Origin: Phycisphaera mikurensis NBRC 102666
GTDB taxonomy: Bacteria > Planctomycetota > Phycisphaerae > Phycisphaerales > Phycisphaeraceae
DNA: 32,000 bases
Assembly (NCBI RefSeq): GCF_000284115.1
Contig: NC_017080.1
Location: 2,040,001 to 2,072,000 of the forward strand
Direction: 5' to 3'
Both the position numbers and the translations under genes were made by a program. Numbering within the stretch: position 1 is the first letter of the stretch; each line of letters opens with the position of its first letter. Shown piece by piece: positions 17,532-28,192 of this stretch. The notes under the pieces were generated by a model. That model searched no databases and was not told where the DNA came from. It was given only the letters and a program-made list of their open reading frames with translations.

Positions 17532-18164
17532 CTACCGCACCACGCCGGCGACGGTCTCGCCGTCGGCCACGCCGCGGAGGACGATTGAGCCCGCGCCGAT
17601 GGTGGCGCCGGCGCCGATCCTCATGCCGGGGAGGACGCGGGCGCCCAAGCCGACGAGGCAGCGGCGGCCGAGGCTCACGCCGCCGCCGGTGATGGCGCCG
17701 GGGGCGAGGTGAGCGAACGTTCCGGCGGAGCTCCCGTGCTCGAGGATCGAGCCGCTGTTGAGGATGACGCCGTCGCGGAGCCGGGTGCCCACCCCCACCA
17801 CCGCGAGCGGGCCAACGAAGACGTTGCGGCCGAGGGTGGCGGAGGGGCTGACCGCCGCCCGGGGGTGGACGACGGTGGCGGGGTGCCGCCCGGCGGCGAG
17901 GTGGCGCTCGAGGCAACGCTCCCGCGCCCGGCCGTCGCCGATGGCGACGTGGACGGCGGCGCCGGGCGGGAGGTCGCCGGCGTGGGCCCAGTCGCCGCTC
18001 CCGCCGTCGTCGAGGAACCCGAGCACGTCGAAGCCGGCGAGGCGGGCGGCCTCGGCGACGACGCGGCCGTGTCCGCCGGCGCCGTGGACGACCAGCGGGC
18101 CGCGGATCGCCGCGGTTGCGGGCGGCTCGGGGTCGCGGTCCGCGGCTTTCAGGGGGCTCTGCAT
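17532..18164 (-). CDS. NeuD-family sugar O-acyltransferase / sialic acid O-acetyltransferase-like, left-handed beta-helix
   Basis: LVVHGAGGHGRVVAEAARLAGFDVLGFLDD N-terminal Rossmann-like motif followed by hexapeptide repeats; internal ATG at 18164 is the credible start. Confidence 0.85.
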   Translation of the reverse strand: MQSPLKAADRDPEPPATAAIRGPLVVHGAGGHGRVVAEAARLAGFDVLGFLDDGGSGDWAHAGDLPPGAAVHVAIGDGRARERCLERHLAAGRHPATVVHPRAAVSPSATLGRNVFVGPLAVVGVGTRLRDGVILNSGSILEHGSSAGTFAHLAPGAITGGGVSLGRRCLVGLGARVLPGMRIGAGATIGAGSIVLRGVADGETVAGVVR

Positions 18165-18186
18165 CGAGGCGGTCCGGGCTTGACCC

Positions 18187-18201
18187 GCGGGCACCGCCCG
18201 C
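18187..18201. repeat. short hairpin GCGGGC-ACC-GCCCGC in the divergent intergenic region
   Basis: Perfect 6-bp stem, 3-nt loop; same stem sequence as the hairpins at 2799-2813 and 2849-2863. Confidence 0.5.
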
Positions 18202-18221
18202 GTGCCTCTACCTTCGGCCAC

Positions 18222-18986
18222 GTGAGACACCCCGCCGCAGATCCCGCCGGAGCGACCCTGCCCGCCTCGCTGACGGTTGCGGAGGCGCAGGCGATCGATG
18301 CCCACGCCGCGGAGACGCTCGGGCTCCCCACACTGCTCTTGATGGAGAACGCGGCCGTCAACGCGGCGGCGGTGGTGCTCGACCTGCTCGCGGAGGCGGT
18401 GGAGCTCGACGAGGACCGCTTCCGCGTGGGGATCCTCGCCGGCGGCGGCAGCAACGGGGGTGACGGGTGGGCGATGGCCCGGCATCTGCTCGGCTCCGGC
18501 GTGGCGGCGACGGTGTTCGCGGTGCGGCCGGTGGAGGGGCTGCGGGGCGACGCGGCGGTGAACGCGCAGGCGGCGGTCGCCTGCGGGGTGCCGGTCACGC
18601 CGTGCAACGACGGCGAGGCGGCGGGGGCCCTCCACGGCGTGCTCGCCCGCCAGCACGTGCTCGTCGACGCGGTCCTCGGAACCGGCTTGAGCGGCCCGCC
18701 GCGGGCCGCCGCCGCGGGGGTGATCCGCGTCCTGAACGAGCTGTCTCCGCGGCCCCCGGTGCTCGCGATCGACGTGCCCTCGGGGCTGGACGCGGACAGC
18801 GGCGAGCCGGCCGAGCCCACGGTCCGCGCGGACCTGACGGTGACGTTCGTGGCCCCCAAGCGCGGCTTCGCCGCGGCCGGCGCCCCGGGCTTCACCGGCC
18901 GGGTGGTGACGGCGGGCATCGGCGTTCCCGACGCCGCGCTCGCCGCGGCGCTGCCGGCGGCCTCCGCCCCCGCGGCGATACGCTGA
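18222..18986 (+). CDS. nnrE: NAD(P)H-hydrate epimerase (YjeF N-terminal domain only)
   Basis: LTVAEAQAIDAHAAETLGLPTLLLMENA; LAGGGSNGGDGWAMARHL; VLVDAVLGTGLSGPP; VLAIDVPSGLDADSG; VTFVAPKRG. Probable GTG start at 18222. Confidence 0.88.
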   Translation: MRHPAADPAGATLPASLTVAEAQAIDAHAAETLGLPTLLLMENAAVNAAAVVLDLLAEAVELDEDRFRVGILAGGGSNGGDGWAMARHLLGSGVAATVFAVRPVEGLRGDAAVNAQAAVACGVPVTPCNDGEAAGALHGVLARQHVLVDAVLGTGLSGPPRAAAAGVIRVLNELSPRPPVLAIDVPSGLDADSGEPAEPTVRADLTVTFVAPKRGFAAAGAPGFTGRVVTAGIGVPDAALAAALPAASAPAAIR

Positions 18987-18990
18987 CCGC

Positions 18991-19743
18991 GTGCCCCGTC
19001 CCGCCCGCTTCCCCGGCCGCTTTGCCGGACCGCTCGCCCTCACCGCGGCCCTCGCGGCGCTCCTGGCCGGCTCCACCGTCCTGGCGGCGCGGGTGTCGCA
19101 GCCCGACGAGCGGCGCGTGGCGTGGAAGGGCGTCTCGCTGGTCCTGCCCGGCGGGTTCGTGCCGCTGCCCGGGCAGGGCGGCGTCTTCGCGGTGTTCCGC
19201 GACCGGCTCCGCGAGGAGCGGGAGCTGCAGGTGTTCCGCCTCCGGGCGCAGGCGGGCTCGACCGGCGCGGCGGACCTGGCGGAGGGGCACGAGGAAGCGG
19301 CGCAGGCCCCGCCGGGCCCGGCCGGGCCGGTGGCCTATCCGCCGCCGGAGGCCGTGCTCCGGATCGCCTTCCCCACGCTGCTCGGCGGGGTGCGGCTGCC
19401 CGAGGCGATGGCGATCGACCGGGGCGTCAAGGTCCGCGAGGACGGGTCGGAGGTGCCCTTTGCCGTTTGGGCCGGGGCGGTGGCCGACCCGGACGTGCGG
19501 CTCGGCCAAGCGCCACGCCTGATCCTGGGGGTGATGGTGACCGGCGACGGCCTCGGCAACTACGCCGTGATCCTGCTGCGCGACCCGGCGTACCGGCAGG
19601 AGGACCTGACCGAGCGGCTGCGGGCGACCGCGGAGCTGCTGAAGCGGACGCTGGAGACGGTCCAGATCCGCCCGTCGCTGCCGCCGCCCGCGGGCGCGGG
19701 CGCGTCGATGTCGCCCGGGGACGCCGGGGGAGGGCCGTCGTGA
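18991..19743 (+). CDS. hypothetical protein with N-terminal signal/TM segment
   Basis: N-terminal hydrophobic segment FAGPLALTAALAALLAGSTVLAA; overlaps the next gene by 4 nt. Confidence 0.65.
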   Translation: MPRPARFPGRFAGPLALTAALAALLAGSTVLAARVSQPDERRVAWKGVSLVLPGGFVPLPGQGGVFAVFRDRLREERELQVFRLRAQAGSTGAADLAEGHEEAAQAPPGPAGPVAYPPPEAVLRIAFPTLLGGVRLPEAMAIDRGVKVREDGSEVPFAVWAGAVADPDVRLGQAPRLILGVMVTGDGLGNYAVILLRDPAYRQEDLTERLRATAELLKRTLETVQIRPSLPPPAGAGASMSPGDAGGGPS

Positions 19744-21098
19744 GCCGCCCGCACGCGGTCGTGTCGGCCGTCCTGGCTCTCCTTCTGCTCCTTGGCTTCC
19801 CCGCGGCGGCGGAGCCGTGGACGGAGCCGGGCTTCGGCGTGACGCTCGAGCCGCCCGCCGGCGCCGAGGCGGTCGTGCCGTCGCCGCCGGGTTCGCAGGG
19901 CGCGTGGCGGCTGGACGACGGCTCGCTGCTCCGCGTGCGGCTGCTCGAGAGCGACACACCCATCGGGCGGCTGGAGCGGACGCAGGCCTTCTCCTGGGCC
20001 GGATTGACGATGGCGCGGATGAAGTCGGTCTGGCTGGACGAGCGGCGGGTCGCCGGGCGGGAGGGCCTGGTGCAGGTGCTCGAGCTGGAGAAGGTGGAGT
20101 CGCGCTTCCTGCCCGCTTCGGTGCGCCGCGGCGTGCTCACGTACGGGCAGGCGATCTTCCGGCTCGATCCGTTCCACGTCGCCGTCGCGGAGCTCTTCGT
20201 CGAGGGCGAGGCCGCCGCGGCGACGCGCCCCCGGCTGCTCGCCCTGGCCGACGGCCTCTCGCTGGTGGAGCCGCCGGTGATGATGGATCGGCGTCGGGCC
20301 GCGGTGGCGGCGGCGGCGGGCTTCCTCCGCGGGCTCGACCGGGCGGGGGCGCTGCGGGATCTTCCGCCGGTGCTCCGCTACGAAGTCGGTCCCCCCGCCG
20401 GCGAGGCCGGGCTGAGCGGCCGCGGCACCCGCGAGCTGGTGACCGAGCCGCAGGCGGTCCAGGGCAGCGGCGTGGCGCTCCCGGAGCCGGGCGCGGTGGC
20501 GGGCTGGCTGGTCGGGCTCCGGGGCGACGGGGGCGCGCTGAGCATTCTCGACAAGGCCTACGCCTCCCTCGACGGCGAAGGCGAGGCCTGGATGCGGCGG
20601 ACCACGACCCGCGACCGGGCCGCCGCGGATCCGGCCGGTGCCACCGGTCTGCGGGTGGCGCGCCGGACGGGTGCCCGCAGCGGGCCGACGCTGGAGGTGG
20701 TGGTGACCGATCCGCCCCGGGGGGGCTCAGGTGGCGACCCCGAGGAGTCGTTCCGCACCTGGACGCTGCTCGAGCGGATGCCGGACGGGCTGATCGACGA
20801 GCTGCCCGTCGACGTCTCGCCGCGCGACGTGTACCTCAACCGGCTGGACCTGCTGGTGCTGCCCGAGCTGCTCCCCCGCGACGCCGCGGCGACCTTCGCC
20901 TTCTACGCCCTCGATCCCGAGTCGTTGAAGCTCGCCCTGCGGCTGTACCGCGTCGAGCCGCTGCCCGGCGGCGGCGTCGACGTGTACGAGCGGCCCACGC
21001 TCGCCGCCGATCCGGTGCGCCACCGGATCGACGCCTCCGGGCGGCGGGTGGAGATCGTGCAGCCCACGGGGCTGACGTTCTCGCTCTCCGAGAGCTGA
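19740..21098 (+). CDS. secreted hypothetical protein, about 452 aa
   Basis: GTG start in the GTGA overlap; signal-like VVSAVLALLLLLGFPAAAEPW; long uninterrupted frame. Confidence 0.7.
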   Translation: MSRPHAVVSAVLALLLLLGFPAAAEPWTEPGFGVTLEPPAGAEAVVPSPPGSQGAWRLDDGSLLRVRLLESDTPIGRLERTQAFSWAGLTMARMKSVWLDERRVAGREGLVQVLELEKVESRFLPASVRRGVLTYGQAIFRLDPFHVAVAELFVEGEAAAATRPRLLALADGLSLVEPPVMMDRRRAAVAAAAGFLRGLDRAGALRDLPPVLRYEVGPPAGEAGLSGRGTRELVTEPQAVQGSGVALPEPGAVAGWLVGLRGDGGALSILDKAYASLDGEGEAWMRRTTTRDRAAADPAGATGLRVARRTGARSGPTLEVVVTDPPRGGSGGDPEESFRTWTLLERMPDGLIDELPVDVSPRDVYLNRLDLLVLPELLPRDAAATFAFYALDPESLKLALRLYRVEPLPGGGVDVYERPTLAADPVRHRIDASGRRVEIVQPTGLTFSLSES

Positions 21099-21167
21099 GG
21101 CTCCCGGGTTCGCGACATCAAGCGGCTCGGCGGGACGCTCGGAGCGGAAAAGCGGCGCTCGCAGCCG

Positions 21168-22286
21168 GTGCGGGCTCCGGCCGCGGCGCCCCGCACACCC
21201 GCCGACCACCGGCCCGGCCGGGGCTACGCTGCTGCCTTGGAAACGACGATCCATCTCCCCGACGGCGACCACCGCCTCGCCGTCACCGGCCCCTCCGAAC
21301 GGAATCTGAAGATCCTGCGCGAGTCGCTGGGCGTGGGGGTCGCGGCCCGCCGCTCGGTGCTCAAGCTCTCCGGCGAGGAGCGGCCGGTGCGGCAGGCGCT
21401 CGCCGTCATCGAGCGGCTGACCGAGGCCGCGGCGGGGGGGATGCCCATGCAGCGGCAGGACGTGCTCGACGCGATCGCGGCGGCGTCGCGGTCCGCTGGG
21501 AGCCGGCCCGCCCGCGACCTCGGCGGCTCGGGGGAGCCGGGCGGCTCGACGCTGCGCCGCGACGGCACCTTCGAGGTCTACCTGCCCGGGAAGCGCGTCG
21601 GCCCCTCGACCGCCGGGCAGCGGCGTTACGTCGAGGCGATGCTCGCGCACGACCTCACCTTCTGCCTCGGCCCCGCCGGCACCGGAAAGACTTATCTCGC
21701 CGTGGCCGCGGCCGCGGCGATGCTCAAGCGTGGCGAGGTCCGCAAGCTGGTGCTCGTGCGGCCGGCGGTGGAGGCCGGCGAGAAGCTTGGCTTCCTGCCC
21801 GGGTCGCTGCAGGACAAGGTCGATCCGTACCTGCGGCCGCTGCTCGATGCCCTGCACGACATGATGGACTTCGAGCAGATCAGCCGCTTCATGGCGGTCG
21901 ACCTGATCGAGATCGTCCCGCTGGCGTTCATGCGCGGCCGCACGCTCAATGATGCGTGCATCATCCTCGACGAGGCGCAGAACACGACCCGCGCGCAGAT
22001 GCTGATGTTCCTCACGCGGCTGGGGCACGGCGGGAAGATGATCATCACCGGGGACACGTCGCAGATCGACCTGCCCGACCCGCGCGACTCGGGGCTGATC
22101 GACGCGGTCCGCCGGCTGCGGCGGGTGCGGGGGGTCGCCACCACCACGCTCGACGGCGGCGACATCGTCCGCCACGAGCTGGTGCAGCGGATCGTCGAGG
22201 CCTACGGAGCCCCCAAGACCGATCCGCGGGTGAAGGCGCTGCTCGACGGCGCCGAGGACGCCGAGGGCCCTCCCGCCGGGAGCTGA
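21168..22286 (+). CDS. PhoH family ATPase (possible TTG start at 21237)
   Basis: DLTFCLGPAGTGKTYLAVAAA; RKLVLVRPAVEAGEKLGFLPG; DACIILDEAQNTTRAQMLMFLTRLG; GDTSQIDLP. Confidence 0.95.
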   Translation: MRAPAAAPRTPADHRPGRGYAAALETTIHLPDGDHRLAVTGPSERNLKILRESLGVGVAARRSVLKLSGEERPVRQALAVIERLTEAAAGGMPMQRQDVLDAIAAASRSAGSRPARDLGGSGEPGGSTLRRDGTFEVYLPGKRVGPSTAGQRRYVEAMLAHDLTFCLGPAGTGKTYLAVAAAAAMLKRGEVRKLVLVRPAVEAGEKLGFLPGSLQDKVDPYLRPLLDALHDMMDFEQISRFMAVDLIEIVPLAFMRGRTLNDACIILDEAQNTTRAQMLMFLTRLGHGGKMIITGDTSQIDLPDPRDSGLIDAVRRLRRVRGVATTTLDGGDIVRHELVQRIVEAYGAPKTDPRVKALLDGAEDAEGPPAGS

Positions 22287-22340
22287 CCCGCGGCGCCGTT
22301 CCGTACGCTGCCGGACACGGGGCCGCCCCGCGACGCGTCC

Positions 22341-24902
22341 ATGGCCGAACCCCCCGCCCAGAGCGACAACCGCCCCGCCGAGGCGCGTCCCGCCGCGTCG
22401 TCCCGGCCGCGCGAGGCCGGGCCCCGCAAGCCGGTGAAGCCGGCGAAGTCGCCGCCGCTCACCTCCGCCGCTCGCCGCCGCGAGGCACGCCGGCAGATGC
22501 CCGATCGCCTCGCATCGGTGTGGGCGTGGGTGGCCTGGTTCCGGCACCGCCACGTGGTCTCCGCGGCGGTCTACGTGGCGCTGTTCACGCTCGTGGGCGG
22601 CATGCTCGCCCACTCCGCCCGGACCGGCCCCCATCACCACCAGGGCGAGCTGCTCGACGAGGCCCGCGTCGCCCGCGTCGGCTTCACCGCCGTCAACGAG
22701 GAGCTGACCCGCCGCGAACGCGAGGCCGCCCGGGCCGCCGTCCGCCCGCTCTACCGCCACAACGGCCGGTACCTCGACGAGCTGCGTGAGACGCTGGGCA
22801 ACCTGCCCGGCCTCGCCGACCGCTCCTTCGCGGAGCTCAACACCGGGCTCGCCGAGCAGATGCGGATCGACGCCGCGGCCCACGCCGCGCTCGCCGCGTG
22901 GAACCGCCCGGAAGCCGAGGCCGCCGTCGGCGACGCCGGCGGGCCCGACGGCCCCCCCGCGTCGATCCGCAACTGGGGGGCGTTGGTCGACCGGGTGCTC
23001 GCCGGCTGGTTCCGCCAGCCGATCCTCTCGGTGGCGCAGTGGGAGGAGGAGGAGCAGCGGGGCCGGTCGCAGATCCGCGTGCTCGACCCCTTCGAGCCCG
23101 CCGCCGCCGGGGCGGGGCCGGACGAGCGGGAGCGCGACGTGTTCCGCGGGACGCTCAAGCGGGTCGACCAGGAGGCGTCGCTGCGGGAGCGGATCGTCGA
23201 GGTGGTCCGGCTGGCGCCGGAGCCGCTGCGGCCGACGTTTGCGCGGGTGCTCGAGACGCGGGTGCAGCCGACGTACGCGCGGGACGAGGCGGCGACCGAG
23301 GCGCGGCGGCAGGCGGCGCACGACGCGGTGGAGCCGGTGGACGACCTGCTGCGGCCCGGCGACCTCATCGTGCCCGCCGGGACGACGCTCGGCTACGCGG
23401 AGCTCCGCCTGCTCGACGCCGAGGAAGCCGCCTTCCGGGCGCAGCGGACGCTCGGCCAGCGGCTCTTCGAGGGGCTCGGCGTGCTGGGGATCACCGGGCT
23501 GCTGGGGCTGGTCCCGTGGCTGTACCTCTTCCAGGGCACGTCGCGGATCGTCCGCAACCCAATCCGCGGGCTCACCTTCACCCTGCTGATGCTGGTCGGC
23601 CAGGCGGTCTCGATCCTGCTCGCGGGGGTCTGGCCGGCCGGGCTCTACGGGTCGGGCACGTTCGGCACGCTGGGCGTCGTGATGATCCTCGCGGTCGTGT
23701 ACGACCGGCCCTTCGCCATCCTCGCGGGCACCGTGCACGCGTTGCTGGTGTCGCTCTCGCTGGACGCGGGGCTGCCGCTGCTGCTGGTGGCGCTCACCGG
23801 CGTCGCGGCCGCGGCCCTGCCGCTGCGCGACGTGCGGACGCGCTCCAAGCTCGTGATCGTCGGCGCCGGCGCGGGGCTGCTGATGGCCGGGGCGGCGCTG
23901 CTGGTCTCGGCCGCCGACCCGCCTGCCGTCCTCGACGAGGACCGGCTCACCCGCCTGGGGCTCGAGCTGCTCGCCCCCTTGATCTCCGGCTTCGCCGCGG
24001 GGCTGCTGATCCAGGGCCTCCTGCCCGTGGTCGAGGGCGTCTTCCGCATCTCCACGGCGATGACGCTCAAGGACCTCAACGACAACAGCCGGCCGCTGCT
24101 GCAGCGTCTCGCCCGCGAGGCCCCCGGCACCTACCAGCACAGCCTCCGGATCGCCGACATGGCCGAGGCCGCCGCCGAAGCCATCGGCGGCGACGGCCTG
24201 CTCGCCCGCACCGGCGCGATGTACCACGACATCGGGAAGATCAACAAGCCGCAGTACTTCGTCGAGAACCAGGGCGGCGGCCCCAACAAGCACGACAAGC
24301 TGAGCCCGGCGATGTCGCTCTTGATCCTCGTGAACCACGTGAAGGACGGGGCGACGATGGCCCGGGAGTACAACCTCCCGCGGCAGGTCGTCGACTTCAT
24401 CGAGACCCACCACGGCACGACGCTGGTGGAGTACTTCTTCCACGCCGCCCGCAGCGCCGCGGAGCAGAAGAAGATGGAGGCCAGAGGCTGCGGGGGCGGC
24501 GTCGCCGCCGTGAGCGGCGGGAGCGAGCCCAAGGAGTTCCAGTACCGCTACCCCGGCCCGCGCCCGCGCAACCGCGAGACCGCCATCTTGTTGCTCTGCG
24601 ACGGCATCGAGGCCGCGGCGCGCAGCCTCACCGACCCGACGCCCGCGCAGCTCCAGCAGCTCGTCCACCAGATGGCGATGAAGCGCCTGCTCGACGGCCA
24701 GTTCGACCACTGCAGCCTCACGCTGGCGGAGCTGTCGACGATCGAGCAGGCGATCACCAAGACGCTCTGCGCCATCCACCACAGCCGGATCAAGTACCCC
24801 GACGGAGACCGGGACAAGGACCGGGCCAAAGCCGCCACGCCGCCCCAAGATCCGGCCTCGGGGGAGACCGCCGAGCGACCGGCGCTGGCCGTGGCTTCCT
24901 AA
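22341..24902 (+). CDS. PgpH-like 7TM-HD family phosphohydrolase (HDIG domain)
   Basis: C-term HSLRIADMAEAAAEAIGGDGLLARTGAMYHDIGKINKPQYFVENQ...FIETHHGTTLVEYF; multiple TM helices; located just after phoH. Confidence 0.93.
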   Translation: MAEPPAQSDNRPAEARPAASSRPREAGPRKPVKPAKSPPLTSAARRREARRQMPDRLASVWAWVAWFRHRHVVSAAVYVALFTLVGGMLAHSARTGPHHHQGELLDEARVARVGFTAVNEELTRREREAARAAVRPLYRHNGRYLDELRETLGNLPGLADRSFAELNTGLAEQMRIDAAAHAALAAWNRPEAEAAVGDAGGPDGPPASIRNWGALVDRVLAGWFRQPILSVAQWEEEEQRGRSQIRVLDPFEPAAAGAGPDERERDVFRGTLKRVDQEASLRERIVEVVRLAPEPLRPTFARVLETRVQPTYARDEAATEARRQAAHDAVEPVDDLLRPGDLIVPAGTTLGYAELRLLDAEEAAFRAQRTLGQRLFEGLGVLGITGLLGLVPWLYLFQGTSRIVRNPIRGLTFTLLMLVGQAVSILLAGVWPAGLYGSGTFGTLGVVMILAVVYDRPFAILAGTVHALLVSLSLDAGLPLLLVALTGVAAAALPLRDVRTRSKLVIVGAGAGLLMAGAALLVSAADPPAVLDEDRLTRLGLELLAPLISGFAAGLLIQGLLPVVEGVFRISTAMTLKDLNDNSRPLLQRLAREAPGTYQHSLRIADMAEAAAEAIGGDGLLARTGAMYHDIGKINKPQYFVENQGGGPNKHDKLSPAMSLLILVNHVKDGATMAREYNLPRQVVDFIETHHGTTLVEYFFHAARSAAEQKKMEARGCGGGVAAVSGGSEPKEFQYRYPGPRPRNRETAILLLCDGIEAAARSLTDPTPAQLQQLVHQMAMKRLLDGQFDHCSLTLAELSTIEQAITKTLCAIHHSRIKYPDGDRDKDRAKAATPPQDPASGETAERPALAVAS

Positions 24903-25017
24903 CTCCGCGGACCGTCGGGGTTTTCGCCGCCGGCGCCCCGCGGTCCGCGGGAAGCGGGCCGGCCCGCGGGATCGCGGGCTGTTGGAGCGGCCCGATCCGG
25001 CCGAAAAGAGCGCCGCC

Positions 25018-25373
25018 ATGACCGGCGCGACCGACACCCGCACCAGCCCCCGCTTCCGCTCCCGCCGCTTCGCCTCGGCCTTCGGCGAGGTGCTCGACCT
25101 GGGCGCCGGCGGCATGTCGGTGCTCCACCGCGGGCCCCGCGTGGAAGTGGGCGAGCGGCTCCGGCTGTCGATCCGCTGGGGCACGCGGATCGCCCCGGTC
25201 GACTGCACCGTTCGCCGGGTGGAACGCACCGGCTTCCGCCGCCAGCGGATCGCCCTGTCGTGGGAACAGCCGCCTGAAGGCCTCTGGGCGTGGCTGCGCG
25301 CCGCGAAGCTCAGCGGGAAGCCGCCGCGCCGGGACACGCTGCTCTTCCACCGCCACGGCCGCCGCCGAGCGGC

Positions 25374-25377
<4 letters not shown>
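25018..25377 (+). CDS. PilZ domain-like protein (start 24982 or 25018)
   Basis: RSRRFASAFGEVLDLGAGGMSVLH..VGERLRLSI...VRRVERTGFRRQRIALSW resembles the PilZ core. Confidence 0.65.
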
Positions 25378-26624
<1,247 letters not shown>

Positions 26625-26787
26625 GGGGCGGCAGCGTACGGATCCCCCACGCGCACCGGCGGGCGACGCGGCGGGCGCCCTCCGCGTGCCCGGCACGGGC
26701 CGCTTGTCGGGTCTCCGGTCCGCCGAGGCCGCGGAGAAGCCCCCGGACTCGTCGCACGCGGTGCGTCGGGAGCGCTGCAGAAAGGAT

Positions 26788-28074
26788 TCACCGCGCGAGC
26801 AACGCGAGCAGCGCGTCGTGGGCGTCCCAAGCGGCCTCGGCCACGTCCGCGCGGGCGAGGTCGGCGGGCCGGAGCACCGCTTGGTGGTGGCCGCGGATCC
26901 ACGCGTCGAGCCGGTCGAAGTCGGCGGCCTCCTCCAGCCGGTGGCCGCGGGGCACCGCCGCCCACTGCGCCTCGCTCAGCGGGACCCGCAGGCGCAGACA
27001 CGCCGGACCGCCGCCGTTGGCGAGCGATTCGGAGAGGTCGACGCCGTGGACGTCGTCGAGGAAGCCCGCGTCGACCGCGCGGGCGAGAACGGCCGCGGTG
27101 GCGGCGTCTTCGGTGGCCGAGGTCGGGGCGATGAGGTGCCAGCGGTCGCCCGGGTCGGTGAGCAGCTGGCTGTTGAAGAGGTAGCCGCGGACGGCGGCGG
27201 CGAGCGGGAGCTCCGCCTCGGCCACGGTCAGCACCCGCAGCGGGTGCCCCAGCTTCGCCTGGACCTCCGCCAGGACGGCGGCCTGATCCACCAGCGCCGC
27301 CTCGTGGATCAGCAGCCGGTCGCGGTGGCCGACGCCGATGACGTCGTGGTGGAAGACGCCGGCGGCGATGGCCCGGGGCTGCTGCTGCGCGAAGACGCAG
27401 CGGCCCGGAGGGAGGCCGTGCAGCCGGGCGACGGCGCGGGAGGCGGCGGCGGACTGCCGCACGCGGAAGCGGGTCTCGCTGGGATCGGCCGCGGGGCCGT
27501 GCACGAAGAGGTGGACGGCCCCGGCCGGATCGCCGGCGTGGAAGGCGGTGTGGTTGGCGGCGCCCTCGTCGCCGAGGCCCGGCAGCGGCGGGAGCGGGGC
27601 GTGGTGCCGGAACCCGCCGGCGGCGGGGAAGACGCGGGCGAGGGTCGCGGCGGTGTCGGCGGCCTCGAGGGCCCGGTGCGGCGAGGTCGCGAGGTTCGCG
27701 GGCGTGAGGTGCAGGCCGCCGGGCGACGCGGTCGCGGTCGCCGCGTTCGCGGTCCACATGGAGGCGGCCGACCAGCACGCCGCGAGCAGGTCGGGCGACT
27801 CAGCGGCCGCGGCCGCGAGCACCTCGGCGGTGGAGCCGCGGAAGCCGAGCCGGTGCAGCGGGTCGAGCACGGGCCGGCGGGGCGGCGGCAGGAAGCCCTG
27901 CTTCAGGCCCAGCCCGCCGACCCGACGCATCTTCTCGAGCCCCTGCAGCGCCGCGTCGCGGGGCCGGCTCGACCGCCCGGCATTGGCGGCCGAGGCGGTG
28001 TTGCCCGCGGCGGCCCCGAGCCCCGCGAAGTTGTGCGTCGGCCCGATGAGCCCGTCGAAGTTGGCTTCCATCAT
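26788..28074 (-). CDS. astB: N-succinylarginine dihydrolase
   Basis: ANFDGLIGPTHNFAGLGAAAGN; CWSAASMWTANAATATAS; FQ/HHDVIGVGHRD; SLANGGGPACLRLRVPL. Confidence 0.95.
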   Translation of the reverse strand: MMEANFDGLIGPTHNFAGLGAAAGNTASAANAGRSSRPRDAALQGLEKMRRVGGLGLKQGFLPPPRRPVLDPLHRLGFRGSTAEVLAAAAAESPDLLAACWSAASMWTANAATATASPGGLHLTPANLATSPHRALEAADTAATLARVFPAAGGFRHHAPLPPLPGLGDEGAANHTAFHAGDPAGAVHLFVHGPAADPSETRFRVRQSAAASRAVARLHGLPPGRCVFAQQQPRAIAAGVFHHDVIGVGHRDRLLIHEAALVDQAAVLAEVQAKLGHPLRVLTVAEAELPLAAAVRGYLFNSQLLTDPGDRWHLIAPTSATEDAATAAVLARAVDAGFLDDVHGVDLSESLANGGGPACLRLRVPLSEAQWAAVPRGHRLEEAADFDRLDAWIRGHHQAVLRPADLARADVAEAAWDAHDALLALLAR

Positions 28075-28192
28075 GAGGTTCTCCGTCTCGTCGGTTTCCC
28101 GTGCCCCGGGCGGGGCGGCGGGGCGTGCCCGCTTGGAGCCGCGGCATCGCGTGGCGGTGCGGACAATGTCGATGCCGGGGACGCGGGTTCGG

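Noticed and set aside
20727-25337. 1536-aa minus-strand ORF
   Set aside because: Antisense to the second exported protein gene, phoH and the PgpH-like gene, which have clear family motifs; its translation is His/Arg/Gly-rich without domains, typical of GC-rich shadow ORFs.
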